Positions 34,501-47,257 of a DNA stretch of 64,000 bases are shown here, one piece after another (the first letter of the stretch is position 1; every line of letters starts with the position of its first letter). The notes beneath the pieces are model-generated. The model worked only from the letters and a program-made list of their open reading frames with translations. It was not told the origin of the DNA and ran no database searches. Source of the DNA: Neophaeotheca triangularis (Eukaryota); NCBI GenBank assembly GCA_054600435.1, contig BAAIJX010000006.1:124001-188000 (forward strand). The letters run 5' to 3'. The position numbers and the translations under genes were made by a program.

Positions 34501-36322
34501 CCTTGTTGTGGGACTTGCCTTGGCCGGGGTTGCGTAAGGTTGTTGTGGTTGTGGGTGCGGACGAGAGGTATACTTCAAAGGCGCTGAGTTGATCGGCAAA
34601 GAAGTCCGAGTGAGTGTACTCCAAATCTCCGGGGACGGGTTGCTGCACGTGAGGCGCGGTGGCAGCAACATTCATCGCAGAAGCATTGTTCTCCATAGCA
34701 GCTTCGTTGGCCTTCTGCTGCTCGATGAGTCGAGGAAGTTGAGCTAGGATCATCTCCACGGCCAGGTCCCAGCTCTGCCACAGTGGGTGATCGTGCATTG
34801 CTGGGATTTCTGGCGTTGACACTGGATGGCAGTGGTATCGCCTCATGACGCGCTGAGCTAGAAGAAAGTTTCGGAAGAGGGCAGCCACCATGAGATCTTG
34901 ACGAAAGAGGCGTTTGAAAGTCGCCTTGGGCAACATGTTCCAAGCAATGGTGTCGGTGATGGCTGTGAAAATCCAGTTTAGCTCGCCCAGTGGTGTACGT
35001 CGCTCCGAAACCTTTCCGGGTATGTTGCGAGCGAGATCAAGAGTGATGGAAGGGTGTGTGGTGGCGGGTAATGGGTTCGAGAGCAGGAAGAAACGTACGG
35101 CCATCGTTATTGGCGTCGTAAGGCAAGAGGTAAAAAGGTCGGCTGGGAGAGAGGGATTGGTCGGCAGTGATTCATGAGCCTGACAGGCAGCAAGATGTAT
35201 GCTATCTGTCCACTTTGCAGGGGAGTGTGGCTGTCTCGTAGGATCGCGAGCGGCAGCTTCATCAGCATTCTTTTGATGTTTCTGAGCAGCCTCGGCGAAG
35301 TTGGTAAGGATGCCCCCAGCCGAACTGCAATCCCAAACCCACAGACCTGGCGCGCCTACCCATTCTTGCAAGTCGTAGAGCGAAATGGGTATATACTGAG
35401 TGTAGCTGCGGTTGAAGCACCAGACCTCGCCTGAAGCAGTCGGCTTGGGTACACCATGTCCGTTGTAGTGAAAGAGAATGCGCTCAGCATGAGCAGTGCG
35501 TCGAAGACTTGTAGTGTACTTCTTGAGTTCCTCAATGGTAGGGTCGGGGATGACCTTGTACCTTGTCCTCAAACTCTGATTCTCGTACTGGCTTTGCAGG
35601 TTCTTGCCGATTTGCGCATTGCTGTTGTTGGTGTTGCTCTGCGATGAGCTATCCTGGGGGATTGGGTCGACCCAGCACTCCAGTCTCGCACAAGGGTTCG
35701 TCTTGATGACATCTGGAGGATCGACTCCGACGTTGAGGCAGACGGCTAAGATGGCACTAACAGTCTTAAGGCGGTCCCTCATACGCCACTCTCCCACAGT
35801 GCTTTTCGGGTCGTAGTCCGGAGGCAAGTTTCCGGCGGTCTCGTGACGTTTATCCTCGTAGTACATGAAGAAGGTTTGTGATAGCAGATTCGCCTGCTCC
35901 GGAGACTTCAATTGATTGTCCCAGCCATGGCGCATGCGGGACTTGGAATCCGCGTTGTCCCTCTGGTCTTGGGCTGCACTACTCTGTCTCTTGCGTCGGC
36001 TCTGGCCCATATCACTCTGCGCGCGTCCAAATGCGGGCTTGTTGCCGTTGTGGAGGCCGCGTGCACCATCGCTAGGTGGCATTTGGAGTGCACCCTCGTC
36101 GTCACTCTCGGTGTCCTGATCGCCATGACCGTTCATGTCACCCGCGGTATGTGGGCGCCGCAGTGAATTGGACGGGCTTGATGGGTAGGATGATGCCGAA
36201 GGTGGGATTCCCTGCGGTTGCTGGAGGCCTTGAGAGACGAGACCTTCTAGTACCGGCTGGGGGTGTTTAGACCTCCTCCCTTCACCATCTTGAGGTAACA
36301 AGCCCTCGGTGGCTCCCCTCAT
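31532..36322 (-). CDS. KOG1: TORC1 subunit Kog1/Mip1 (raptor), one intron at 34179-34066, ~1558 aa
   Basis: RNC domain WRMRDRLKTVS...CLNVGVDPPD...ERILFHYNGHGVPKPT; LPADLFTSCLTTP; VLLSQVHRLRAL; C-terminal WD40 repeats. Confidence 0.95.
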   Translation of the reverse strand: MRGATEGLLPQDGEGRRSKHPQPVLEGLVSQGLQQPQGIPPSASSYPSSPSNSLRRPHTAGDMNGHGDQDTESDDEGALQMPPSDGARGLHNGNKPAFGRAQSDMGQSRRKRQSSAAQDQRDNADSKSRMRHGWDNQLKSPEQANLLSQTFFMYYEDKRHETAGNLPPDYDPKSTVGEWRMRDRLKTVSAILAVCLNVGVDPPDVIKTNPCARLECWVDPIPQDSSSQSNTNNSNAQIGKNLQSQYENQSLRTRYKVIPDPTIEELKKYTTSLRRTAHAERILFHYNGHGVPKPTASGEVWCFNRSYTQYIPISLYDLQEWVGAPGLWVWDCSSAGGILTNFAEAAQKHQKNADEAAARDPTRQPHSPAKWTDSIHLAACQAHESLPTNPSLPADLFTSCLTTPITMAVRFFLLSNPLPATTHPSITLDLARNIPGKVSERRTPLGELNWIFTAITDTIAWNMLPKATFKRLFRQDLMVAALFRNFLLAQRVMRRYHCHPVSTPEIPAMHDHPLWQSWDLAVEMILAQLPRLIEQQKANEAAMENNASAMNVAATAPHVQQPVPGDLEYTHSDFFADQLSAFEVYLSSAPTTTTTLRNPGQGKSHNKVAKIQPPAQLPVVLQVLLSQVHRLRALILLSKFLDLGPWAVDLALGIGIFPYVLKLLQSQAVELKPPMVFIWARILAVDSSCQADLLKDHGSDYFTAILTSATGIPLGKCLQGCPPPRWEPSRPRSSRLVLKGTCNHPKSTNTGSGNVAEHRAMCAFVVAMFCKDFRAGKEEILSRNPEIIEALLSHMLDMENPLLRQFSCLCLSQLWRDYPPAKATGMAHQAHARILDRSHDPVPEVRAACLDALTSFVITGTGEPIPSAVVLEEETVISVLVAMGMDGSVMVRKELVVFYSVVVKKYEPRFLVAAWEQLNEEKNKRKGKDEKDTDGILDGTNSAVSNGLGHRRSLSAAPTSEPPDDRQTNLSQKTIYRAIWRQCMSMSCDPHPEVARNASIIVDYVVNSLLASPLGPSTNEVLDDIITDGARNQMNARSGDVAGMDALSRQRSKDLSRDLGGRPSTPPSPAASTASKADGHFSSLSRTASVAAGLKNVFGWGRTPTETSSPPSPSARGGHAHRGSVHSQHEKPYKSRPLTPADAATLPPDALDTVAGPPHQPPAKTPSSPGYVPRDLTQTPTLPLKSSFFQWSASYFREPQMRPSEADEPGSLDYNQRLWRRNRNDRIIASTQPLKEDAGRNRWDVPCGYFGIGAAPMKMLFHQFENHLITSDNRDSIAVWDWKEATQLARFSNGNPLGSRVTELRFINEDDSAMLLTGSSDGVIKIFRNYDSPSKIELASSFRALSDLVASDNQSAGLVFDWQQGQGRILVAGDDRVIRVWQAGHELCIADIPARSGSCITSLTSDQVEGHVFVAGFGNGTVRAYDQRVSPRESCFTAWDSRKTGHKSWVVGVHLQRGGLRELVSAESNGGVRLWDLRQATQPVATLPSHPRNPRVLRSLSVHEHAPVFATGGSDHTIRVYNTTDLKPLSVAEPYMSYLRLAQGSSRAAPITATAFHPHRLMLATGAVNDGHVNLFRCEVAEKAEGRRGVVEEWGA

Positions 36323-37724
36323 CTTGACGCGTGCTGGCGTAAGGTATCGTTGGCGTAGCCTATGGAGTCGAGGTTCCTTCTCCAGCTTCTTCTGCCGCCT
36401 CCGAAGCGTGACTCCAGCCGTCGACGGAGGACATTTGCTTGGTCAGTGAATGGACGAAGTTGTCGAATGCTCCCTCCTAAGTTAGTTGCTGGTCAGCTGT
36501 TGTGAAGGACGGGAGAGCTCGTGCCTGCTTGCCTGCCTGGTCTTATCGATAGCGGATGATGTTCGGCTAATGCCGCACGGCTAACGTAAGGCAAGGTAGG
36601 GTACATACCTTACTACTACTGTAGCTAAGTTAACTTAGGTAGCGAGCCGATCGGGGTTTTGGAGACGCGAGTAACGAACTTCGGGTGGGACCAACATTTG
36701 GAACGGTGTCGCACCTCAATAGCATTAAAATACCAGGTACATACTAGTAATACTAAAAGCAAGTACGGAAAACTCAGAAGGTTCTCTGGCAGCCGTCGAG
36801 TGTAAGTTATGCTGTCCAAGGAGTTCACACTGCACAGTACACTAGGTACTGTACAACTAGGTACTCAAGTACTCTCAGTGACTACCTAATAATCTCATAT
36901 AATGATACTGTCCAACGTCGTCTACGGTCTGGTCTACCTACTGTACCTACCTTACCTTACCCCTGAAAGTCCCGACAAGTACACAGTCTTCTGCGCTTAG
37001 CTAACGTTTCACCGCCGTCAGCAAAATTCTCCCGCTTCCCTTGATTATTATTACATGTTACACATCGAATATCTTGTCAAAGTCCGGATGAGAGTAGTAG
37101 TAAATAACAGGTCGCGGACCGTTGCCAAAAAGTCAACCAGACATCCATGCCAGATGTTTTGATAGTGTTGATATTTATTATATTCATTGTATTCATTGTA
37201 TTCAATTATATTTCACTCCTGCATGATACTGCCGCCAAGTCCAAAGTCTAACAACCGGGGCAGACGGATTGGGAGCCTTGGGTGACCGTCCAGGGCTGGC
37301 TCGCTGGTTGATTCGACTCTAACCAAGGATAACTTCCCGACTCCAACCACTACCGGCTTAACTCCACTACTACTATCGCATTCCAACATTCCCAGCCTCA
37401 CGCTGCCACTCGAGCAGCCACTGCATCTCGAACCTCACCGCTTCCGCCCTCTCCCCTCCAACGCCGTCTACCACGCCAGCGATATTACCGTCGCCTGTCG
37501 CATCGCCCTCTTCGACCGCCGCGTTGCCACAAGTCGGCTGGAATCTTCGTTGAATGCCCGAACTTCTCCAGCAATAAGCACTCATCACGCCCGACGCGAA
37601 ACTAACGCCTGTTTATATCACACTGTACACTCTGAGACTGCCGCTACCAACTCCCTGCGCCGCGCCCTGGGGGCCCGCGCATCACCTGCATAAGACCAAC
37701 AACTAGGAGAAGTAATCGCTCATC

Positions 37725-40700
37725 ATGGCCTTTCTCTTCAAAAACAAAAAGGGCTCATCCAATGCCCTGCCAACAGCATCGCGCGATATCCGGAGCTCAG
37801 AGGGGCCCGCCGCTCCTGGATCGCACATACCGACCCTCAATGGGCTGCACCAGCAGCAAGGCAACAATTCGAAACCCTCATCCCCGACGCCAAATCAGCA
37901 AAGCTCCACTGGCAGTCTTAACGCTGTCTCCGAGAAGATTCCAATGCGTAGTCCGCCCGATGCTGCAGCCGAGAAGACTGGACATATGGGCAGAGAACAC
38001 GCTAGAGGGGATAGCTCTGAGGGAAGGAAAGGTGATGGCAGGGTCCAACCAAGTCCGGAGCAGAAGACTTTGGTGGGTAGGGAAAGGAGTGCAGACGCGG
38101 TATGTCTATCTAAACCTTTAATGCAGGTTTACGCTCCCTTGGGGGAATTGCCGGAATCGCCGGGATCGCTGGAGGAACTGTACGGCGAGAAGGATGTCGG
38201 TGAAGCTAACAAAGCATTTGAGCAGTATCAGAACCGCATGACCCAGCAGCCCCAACAGCTGCGACAACAGTCGCAAGATCCATCACCATATCCTTGGTCG
38301 CAGCGCAAACTTGCCTTCACCGTATCACACACGAACCCTTTCCCTCGGTACGGCGCTGCGGTTAATAGCGCTGCAAGCAAAGATGGCGCGATATATCTCA
38401 TGGGCGGCTTGATCAACGGCAGTACCGTAAAAGGTGACCTCTGGATGGTCGAGACTGGACAACCAGGCAATCAGGGTAGCATGTCTTGCTACCCCGTCGC
38501 TACAACTTCTGAGGGGCCTGGACCAAGAGTGGGACATGCGAGTTTACTAGTTGGCAATGCCTTCATTGTCTTTGGCGGGGATACCAAGATGGATGAGGGG
38601 GACATGCTCGACGATACACTGTATCTTCTGAATACCTGTGAGTAGACTCATCTTGTTTTATGGTGAAATGTGGACGACAAGAGTACTAACATACTCGACA
38701 GCAACAAAACAGTGGTCTCGAGCCCTCCCCGCCGGCCCTCGTCCGCCAGGCCGCTATGGACATACGCTCAATATCCTAGGAAGCAAGCTGTACATCTTCG
38801 GCGGTCAGGTCGAAGGCTACTTCTTCAATGATCTCGTCGCATTCGATCTCAACGCCCTCCAAGCATCTTCCAATCGCTGGGAAATACTCATTCAGAATAC
38901 CATTGACGGCGGCCCTCCCCATGGTCAGATTCCGCCGGCGCGGACAAATCACTCCATGGTAGCGTGGGGAGACAAGCTTTATCTCTTCGGCGGTACCGAC
39001 GGTGTTAATTGGTTCAACGATGTATGGAGTTACAGCCCGCAGACGAACAGTTGGACCATGCTTGAATGCATCGGCTACATTCCTTCAGCACGAGAAGGAC
39101 ATGCCGCTGCTCTTGTAGGAGATGTCATGTACATCTTCGGAGGACGAACGGAGGAGGGCACAGACTTGGGCGATTTGGCCGCGTTCCGGATATCATCTAG
39201 GAGGTGGTACACGTTTCAAAACATGGGCCCTTCGCCTTCGCCTCGGTCTGGACATAGTATGACTACCGTTGGCAAGTCGATCGTTGTCCTTGCTGGAGAG
39301 CCGAGCTCTGCGCCTAGAGACGTGGTCGAGTTGGGCATGGCATATTTCCTGGACACGTCTAAGATACGGTATCCAGCGGATTCTGCAAGCAATACTCCGG
39401 CCAACGAGAGAATACAAGGAACTCGACGACCGAGCGGCGAGAAGAGCGGGCTTCCTGTCGTTGGGCAAGGCCGGGCCATGCCTCAGCAGCAGCGGCCACA
39501 GGAGCTCATGGATCGAGAGCGTACGGATAGCGATGATGGTCGCGTACGCAGTCCTAGCGAAAGCAATGGCTCGTCGAGGCTACCTCGACCGGGTCAGACG
39601 ATACCCGCACCAAGTGGTCCTCCACCGCAACATCAGCCACCACAGCCTCGGCCCAATGGTGTTCCGTCATCACGCCAGCCTACTAGACCTCCGGGTTCAG
39701 ACCGCGCGTTCAGCCCAACAAGCGACAGCGAAAGAGCCCAACGGTTCGAATCTAACAACGCCTTTGCAAACGCAGCAGCCCAGCGAGGCGTAGGCGACAA
39801 CAGTAGCGCGCGAAACAGCCCGGCTATGGGTAGAGAAGGGGGCAGTCGAACACAATCTCCCACATACAACCGCGATGGCAACAGATCTATCGACGAAGGT
39901 GTCGCCTCTCCGGATCAGTATCAGCGCCGAATAAAGCCAGAGACGTACACCCCTACCCAGGAGAACTCGGAATCTACTCTCGAGCGCAAGACCAGCCGAT
40001 CGGGACAGACTCCACAGCCTTTGAACAGGGAAAACACAATGGAGGCGCTAGAGGAGTCGCCTCGCGAATCTGAAGACGCGCAACCTTCGCAACAGCAGAC
40101 TCAACAACCTGACCGAGTGCGAGAACTCCAGCAAAGCGACCGCGACGAAGATTTGGGCCCTCAAGACTCTGGCATCGGCTCTTCGCCAGCTCTGTCTCAG
40201 CAAAACGACGAACTAAGCAAAGAGCTCGAAAGCACCAAGAGCAGGAATGCTTGGTATGCTTCAGAGCTCGCTCTCGCGAAACGATCAGGCTACCAGTCTC
40301 GTGGCGGCGACAGCCCTGCCGTGGATGAGCGCACCGCCGAAGTCTTTGGCGATGAAGCAAGGCCCATGGTTGAAGCTGTCCTCAAAATGCGTACCGAGAT
40401 GGGTAGGTTGCAGCAGGCGCTGGACTCGCAAGCTCAGGACTCGGCGCAGAAACTCGAGCAAGTTCAACGAGAGCGCGATGCCGCGGTTAACGAGGCCATG
40501 TTCCACAAGTCAAAGGGTGCTGGGCACGGCGCAGGGTCTTCGAGCGATGATGGCGCCGATGAAGGCCGCACGAGCGAGATGGCGCGCCGGCTTGCGACTG
40601 CTCTCGCTGCTCACGAGGAGCTGCAACGGAGGATCGAGAGCTTGCAAGCCGAGATGGAAAGTGAACGCAAGAGCAGGGCTTTTGCTGAGGAGACGAGTGA

Positions 40701-43059
40701 CGCTGCGCAGAAACGGGTTACCGAGCTTGATCAGCACCGGCAGCAGAGTAGCGGGGAGTTGGAGCGCTTGAGGGAGGAGTTGTACGAGGCGCAGAAGGAG
40801 GCGCGAGAGCATGCTGCGAATCATGCTGAGGTCAAGGGGCAGCATGAGCTTTTGCGCGTCGAGAGGGACGAACTACACGGTAAGCACGAGGCTGTTGTTG
40901 TGGAAATGGGGAGCCATACTTCTATTCTCGATCGTTTGCGGGAGGCTCTTGGGTCTTCTGAAGGCAAGGCGGCAATGTTCGAGCAGAGGTTGGAGGAGGA
41001 AAGAGGGGAGAAAGAGGGCTTGGAGTCGAAGCTTAGGCAGTTGAAAAATGAGCATGAGGAGAGGGTTGAGGAGTTGGAGGCGACTACCAAGCGGTTGCAC
41101 GAGGCTGAAGAGCTGGGCGAGAAGCATGCCGAAGAGGCGCGTACGCATCGCTCTGCTGTGTTGGCTGGCTTGGGCAAGATCTCTGAGAGAGGACCCGACT
41201 CTTCTCGTGCTGTGGATGAAAGAGTCGAGCTTCTGCAGCAGCAAATCGCCAGCGCAGAGCAGATGGTGCGCACTAATCAAACCGCTGCTGACGCTGCTAG
41301 CGAGAAGCTGCGTCGTGCGGAAGAGCGCATCGCCGGCCTCGAGGCATACCAAGAGCAAGCTTCCCGCGAAGGCCTGTCGATCCGCAAACAGTTGCAGACA
41401 GCGCTCAAGGATACTCACAGTCTCGGTGCCGAGAAGGCCGATCTGGAACAGCGTTTGCAACAGCAGCAGCTCGAGGCAAACGCCATCTCAGTGCAGCATG
41501 GTGCTCTTAAAGACATTTTGGCCGAACGCGGTGTCAATGCTGCCGAAGTGCGCAAGACTCGTACTCTCGACTCACCAAGCAGCCAGAACCGTTTCTCGAC
41601 TCCAGACCTCCAGCGCGTCAAAGAGTTGGAGCAACAACTAGAAGCCTCGCTGAAGTCCCACGACGAGATGAAGGCGCAATTCGAAGCCGCCGGTGAGCGT
41701 GACGAGCGTCTCAAACGCGACTACGAAGAGAAACTTACCGCCCTCGACTCCGACCACCAAGCCGCCGTCAAGTACCTCCGCGGCACCGAAAAGATGCTCT
41801 CGAAAATGAAGCAAGAACTCCAACGCGTTAAGAACGAGAACGGAGAACTGCGCAAGAAGATCGAGAAAGCCAGCAGCAGCGCACGTGGCACGCCCGACGA
41901 CTGGGAAGCGGAGCGCAGCCGACTGCAAAAGTCGCTATCCGAAACACAAGACAAGCTGAAAACATCCGTATCGGACCTTGAAGATCGTCTCCAGTCCCTC
42001 TCAACTCAACTCCAAGGCGCCCAAAAAGAACTCGAGCAAGCGCGGCAACAGCACGCCACCAGCCAAGCAGACCTCTCCACGCTGCGCGCCACGCACAACC
42101 AATCCCGCGGCGACCTGGAGAAGTTGCAACGCGACAACAACGCGCTAGAAGAGCGCGCGCGCGACGCCGAGAACAAAGTCCAGCTCCTGCTCGACCAGGT
42201 GGAAAACAGCGTCGACAACTACCGTCGCCAGAGCCGGGGCCCCTCTTCCAACGACAACACCACCCCCGCAAGCGACCGCGCCGACGACCGCCAAACTACG
42301 CCCACCATCCCCAACGGCCCCCCTTCCAATCACACTCGCGGCCTCAGCTCTGCCTCCTCGACAGCAATGGGCCCCTCGCGGCCCCTCCCGAAAAACAGCC
42401 ACACCCGCAACCTCTCTACCGGCGCCGAAAGCGCTTACAGCTCGCACACGCGCACCAGCTCCGACGGTGCGGCGTCCTCGGTCGCCACGGCCGATCTCCT
42501 CAACAACCACAACAGCCAAAATGGTGGGTTTGGAGGCGCGGGCGATGGCCGGAATTCCATGGCGCTGGATTCGCTGGCTAGTGAGCTTGATGCTTTGCGC
42601 AGTCATTGGGAAACGCAGAGTCAAAATTTGCGGTTGAGTGGGAGGTTTGATTTTGAGGATCGCGGGGAAGGGGGGTTAGGGTTGGAGGATGTGAGTGGTG
42701 GTGGTGGTGGTGGCGGTGATAGTGACGGTGGTGAGGGTGTCAGTGATGTTTCCAAGGAGCCCTCGAGGCCCAGTGCCGGCACTGCTGGCTTGGGGACTGG
42801 CCAAGGCGGCGGTGGGGTTGTGAGGCAGAGTGCTTTTGGCGATTTGGCGGATTGGAGGAGTCGGTTGAATGTTGGGGAGGAGGAGAATGAGGGGGAGACT
42901 AGTCGGCCTGGTACGGCTGAGGGGCCGTCGGGCGATAAGGCTGGTTTCGCTACTGCTGCTGGTGAGAAGAGCGGTGCCGCTTCTGGCACTGCTGGAGCTA
43001 CCGCTGCGCAAGGCCAGCAGCTGCAGCCCAAGCAGCAAAGCATGCAAGGCGCTTTCTAA
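37725..43059 (+). CDS. KEL1: Kelch-repeat and coiled-coil cell polarity protein (Kel1/Tea1/TeaA family), 3 exons, ~1714 aa
   Basis: Exons 37725-38099, 38226-38637, 38702-43059. Kelch repeats (PFPRYG, PGPRVGHA, PPGRYGHT, PPARTNHS, PSAREGHA, PSPRSGHS), long coiled coil, C-terminal ALDSLASELDALRSHWE. Confidence 0.88.
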
Positions 43060-43952
43060 ACCTCGCGAGCGAGAATCGCTCCCTCTCGATTGCAAGGACG
43101 GAGGATTAGATGGAGTATAATTTGTGGGTTTGGGGTTTCTTGTACATTTTCTCTACCGAAGACCGAGGTCCAGCCTTTTGCTTCCGCTCCTGGAGCTTCT
43201 TGTCGCCATTTCCACGGAGGATGAAGCGCTGTGTATGAGAACCGATTCGGGAGTTCCGGCCGGAGTTATAGCTGCCTGTTTGGGAACATTATTGCGATGG
43301 GATGGGATGGCCAGGGGGAGGGTGTCATTGGTCAGGGCAAGCGCGTGTATATATACCCTTCTAAGCTTCTCCCTACCGACTTGGTCCATCTCGTCGTCCT
43401 TTTGGGTTCGTTCCGCTTGCCATTTAATGATTCTTCGCAACCCCTGCCTGGCTCCAGTCACCCGCGCGGCCTCTACGGTACCTCCTACATGCGACAGTAG
43501 TAGTCTTTGGACTAGTACCCTCAGCGATGTCTTGACCCATCTCGTGAGCCACGCCAGCGACGTCGAGGCTGAATCAAAAAAGAAAGTGCTCGTTTGCTAG
43601 ATGTGTGCTCGCTGCGAGTGAGAATATGTTCTAGGCTATCATTTGACTCGTGGCGGTGGTTCCGCAAAGCGAGAGGCTGTGGTTGGTGGTGACAAAGCGG
43701 GAAGAAATTGGGAGGGGGAAGACGAGTGGGAAGGCCGGTGTGGCGAGTGTAGAGATACCACTACGATCTTAAACGCAACCACAGCTACTGTCACGATTGC
43801 CGCAAGACTGCAAAAGACTGCATCCACTACTCATGGTAGTATCCATCTCGCTGAAACCTGAAAACATACAGAGGCCCTCTCCCTCCAACTCGCAATCAGA
43901 CGAATCTTCCACACTTCTCCTTTCTCTTTGCCTTCTTCCTCCTGCCTCCCGC

Positions 43953-46900
43953 CTAATCCTCCTCCTGGTACGCCACCTTGCGCATCTCACCCAGTCTATG
44001 CCTCGCAGCACTGAGCGAATTCTCCAATTGCAGAATTTCGACCTAAAAGCGCAAGCAAAAACATTAGCAACTATATCCCCTTCCTCACCGCACCAGCCGC
44101 CCCAAGATGGGCCAAAAAAGAAAAGAAAAGAAAAAAGAATGGTTAGAAGTGGGGAAGAACATACCTGCTGCTCCATCTGCGCAACCTTGAAATCATGCCC
44201 ACTCATACCCGCATAATCCACCTCCTCCTCGCCGCCACGCTGTCGGTCCTCAATAATCTTCTGGACCTGCCGCACCAGTGCACGACAAGCATTAGTAACG
44301 CTCTTACTAGCCTCCTCCAGCCTCTCCTGAGTCTTGGACATAAAAGAAGCCTTAACGCGACTGGCGGCGACGAGTTGGGCAGTACTGGCCGCCACGTCGT
44401 TGGAAGCAACGATGAGTTGTTCGGGGGAGTTGCGGCCGCTGATGACGCCGTCGGCGGTCTCGATGAGCGTGTTGGTGCTGCGGGCGACGGCTTTGGCTGC
44501 CGAGATCAGACCCTCGGTCCATCGGTTATTTTTCTTGTAGAATTGCGTTTTGCTCATGCTCGAGCCGCGGCCTTGGTTGACGATTTCTTGTTGCGAGTAG
44601 GTGGCGGCTTTGATGAGTTGGGCGATGGCGTTGGTAACGGAGATGGCCGCTTCGAGGATTGAGTCGTGGATGCGGAGTTCGTAGGTGCTGTAGCCGTCGC
44701 GGGACTTGTTTTGGAGTTTTGTTAAGCGTTCGGTCGCGGCGTTGATGGCTTCGGCCGCTTTGGTCATTTCGTTGTCGACAATCTCGCCAAGGTCGCCGGA
44801 TTGCGAGGTAAGTTTGGCCTTTGGCGCGAAGGCGTCGGCGAGCTTGATGAGGTTATTGAGGGAGATCTGGACATCGTTGTTTTTGTTAATCACCACGTCG
44901 GTTTTTTGCAGGTCCTCCAACCCGTCCAAACGGAAGGATTGGATTCCACGGAAGAAGTCGACGGTGCTGGAGGCGGAGCGGCGGGCGGCGTTGATGAGTT
45001 GATCGCCCTTTTTGTCGTCGCTGGCGAAGCGGGTCAGACCTTTGGTGTTGGATAGCACGTCGGAGATGGCATTGGAGAAGGTGTGGACGGTGCGAATGAC
45101 TTCGGCGTGGGTGCTGTTGGGCCCATCGGCAATGAAGTTGTTGAAAGCCGTGCTAAACTCCATGGCAGAGCTTTGCGCCTTCTCGATTTGCGAGAGAACG
45201 TAGGGACCGCTGGCATTCTGGTTACCGGCTTGCATGGAGCTGTCCAGTTCATACAAGGCATCATCGACGCGCTGCACACCAGACTGCAAGACCGAGTCGA
45301 TAATGTCATTGATTTTGCCGATGTTCTGAAGCAGCATGGCATCAATCTGCTCGTCCATAGCCTTGTCGGTCTCGCCAGTACCGTTACGCAACTCGTTGAG
45401 CTCAACCAAAGTCTGGTCCATGCCAGACTTGTAAATCTCGAGCTCCTCTTCCTTCTCTTGAAGCTGTCTTTCGAGATCAGAGCTGCCCTCGCCATACTTG
45501 TTCTGAACATCGTCCAGGGCACGGGTCTTGTTGCGCAGAGCCTCCTCGAGATCGGCAATCTCGCGGTTGTGTCGCGACAGCATAGCGGATAGTTCATTGC
45601 CCTTGCCACGCTCAAGGTTGTCCGCTTTGTCCAAAGCCATGCGTAGCTCACGCTTAAGCTTGTCCAACTCATCCCTGTGTCCGCCGCTAGAACGGTCCTT
45701 TTCATGCAAAGCACGGTCACGTTCCCTAATCATATCAGCCAATTCCAGATTCTTCGTCTTCAACTCGCGCTCCAGCTTCTCCCGCTTGTCGATAGCTTCC
45801 TGTGCCGAAGCAGCCTTGAGCTGTACACCCTTGAACTTTTGGAGCAGCTCCAAATGCTCGTGGCGCAGCTGACTGTACAGCTTGGCCAGCGCCTCGTACT
45901 TTGTCCTCCAAGTATTGACCTGCTCTTGAAGCGATCGGATCTGGTCCTCCCGCGAAGAATTCTGTTGTTGGAAGTTGGCATTGAGCTGGCCGAGTTCGTT
46001 CTCGAGAGCCTTCATGCGTGCATCGTACTGCTGCAGCATAAGCTGGTCGCGCTCATACTGGGCCCGGGCGTTCAAGTTTTCCCGCTCTAGTTCAGCCATG
46101 TGGCCTTGTGTCTGCTGTTGAAACTGGTCTCGCTGCAGTTGCTCAAGTTGAAGCCTTTGCTGTTGCTCTTGGAGTTTTTGCTGCTCCTCAAATTCACGTT
46201 GTGCTTGCATCTGCTGCTGCTGCTGCTGTCTCTGCGCATCTTCCCACTGAGCCGCCAGCCTTCGCTGCTCCGCCTCAAACTCCTCTTGCTGCCGCGCCTG
46301 CTCATTCTTCCAGAACTCGTTGATGGGCTCAGGGTCGGTGTTCGCTTGTGGCGGGGGAGTGTCGCGCGGCTTCGTCGCGACTTCATTCTTTGGCCTCGCA
46401 GGCAGAGCGGGGGCGCTCTCGTCGTCGTCATCGCCTGTGAGGTTTGGTGGGTCCTGGGGGAGCTTCGGCACGGTAATCAAGGAAGTGAGATAGCGCAGGT
46501 TCGAGCATTCGTAATAGAATCGCACCAGCCTGTAGTGCTGGGCATCGTACCTCCCACGCAGCGGCGAAAGAGCTTCGTCGTCCCCCAGCGTTGTGTGCAT
46601 GGCCCTCAGCATCGACGTGACGAATTTGTAGATACCGTAGCTCTCATGCACCAACGGCACCAAGGCGCTGATGCGACACTCATTGTTCGACCCGGTGCTG
46701 AAATGCGAATAGATCAACTTTTGGAAGCTGTCAATCTGATCCTGCAGGGTCATGAGATCGGAAATGGTCTCATAACCCTCATTGGGGTCGTTAATCGACT
46801 TAAGAGAGATGTACTCCTCGTACTCGAAAGTGCCATTGAACTCCGGATGGGTGCGGTGGAAGTTGAGCTTCGAGACAAGGTAGAAGATGTACTCCTGGAT

Positions 46901-47257
46901 TAATGGCGAGTATCCCCTTCCACCCATTGCCCCCGCACCTCCATTCAGACTCTCCAGCCAGTTGATGTGAGCCTGCGCCTCAACGAGCGCAACGGGGTGG
47001 CCCTCCTGTAGCACCTTGTGAACGGTGATGAGGGCCTTGAACGTCTGGACCTCATCTGCCTGAATTGGTTGCACCTTCAGCCCGTTCCAGAAGGAATTGG
47101 TGTTCTTGTGGTCCCAGGTATAGACGATGCATGCTCTCACATGTTTGCGCTTGGGGGCTGTTTCGTCGACCGAAGTGGCCTTGCGGATGTTCTCGGTAAG
47201 CTGCGTCTCTGATTTGCCCAAGTCGACATTGCGCGTGGACTGGTAGGGGAGTGCCAT
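43953..47257 (-). CDS. SLA2: Endocytic adaptor Sla2/End4 (ANTH, coiled coil, I/LWEQ), 2 exons, ~1060 aa
   Basis: ETAPKRKHVRACIVYTWDH ANTH start; FYKKNNRWTEGLISAAKAVA and EQLIVASNDVAASTAQLVAASRVK. Intron 44164-44043; last exon VEILQLENSLSAARHRLGEMRKVAYQEED*. Confidence 0.96.

Noticed and set aside
43769..44164. C-terminal extension of the 1162-aa SLA2 ORF
   Set aside because: Read-through into intron 44164-44043; the true last exon is in another frame and stops at 43953.
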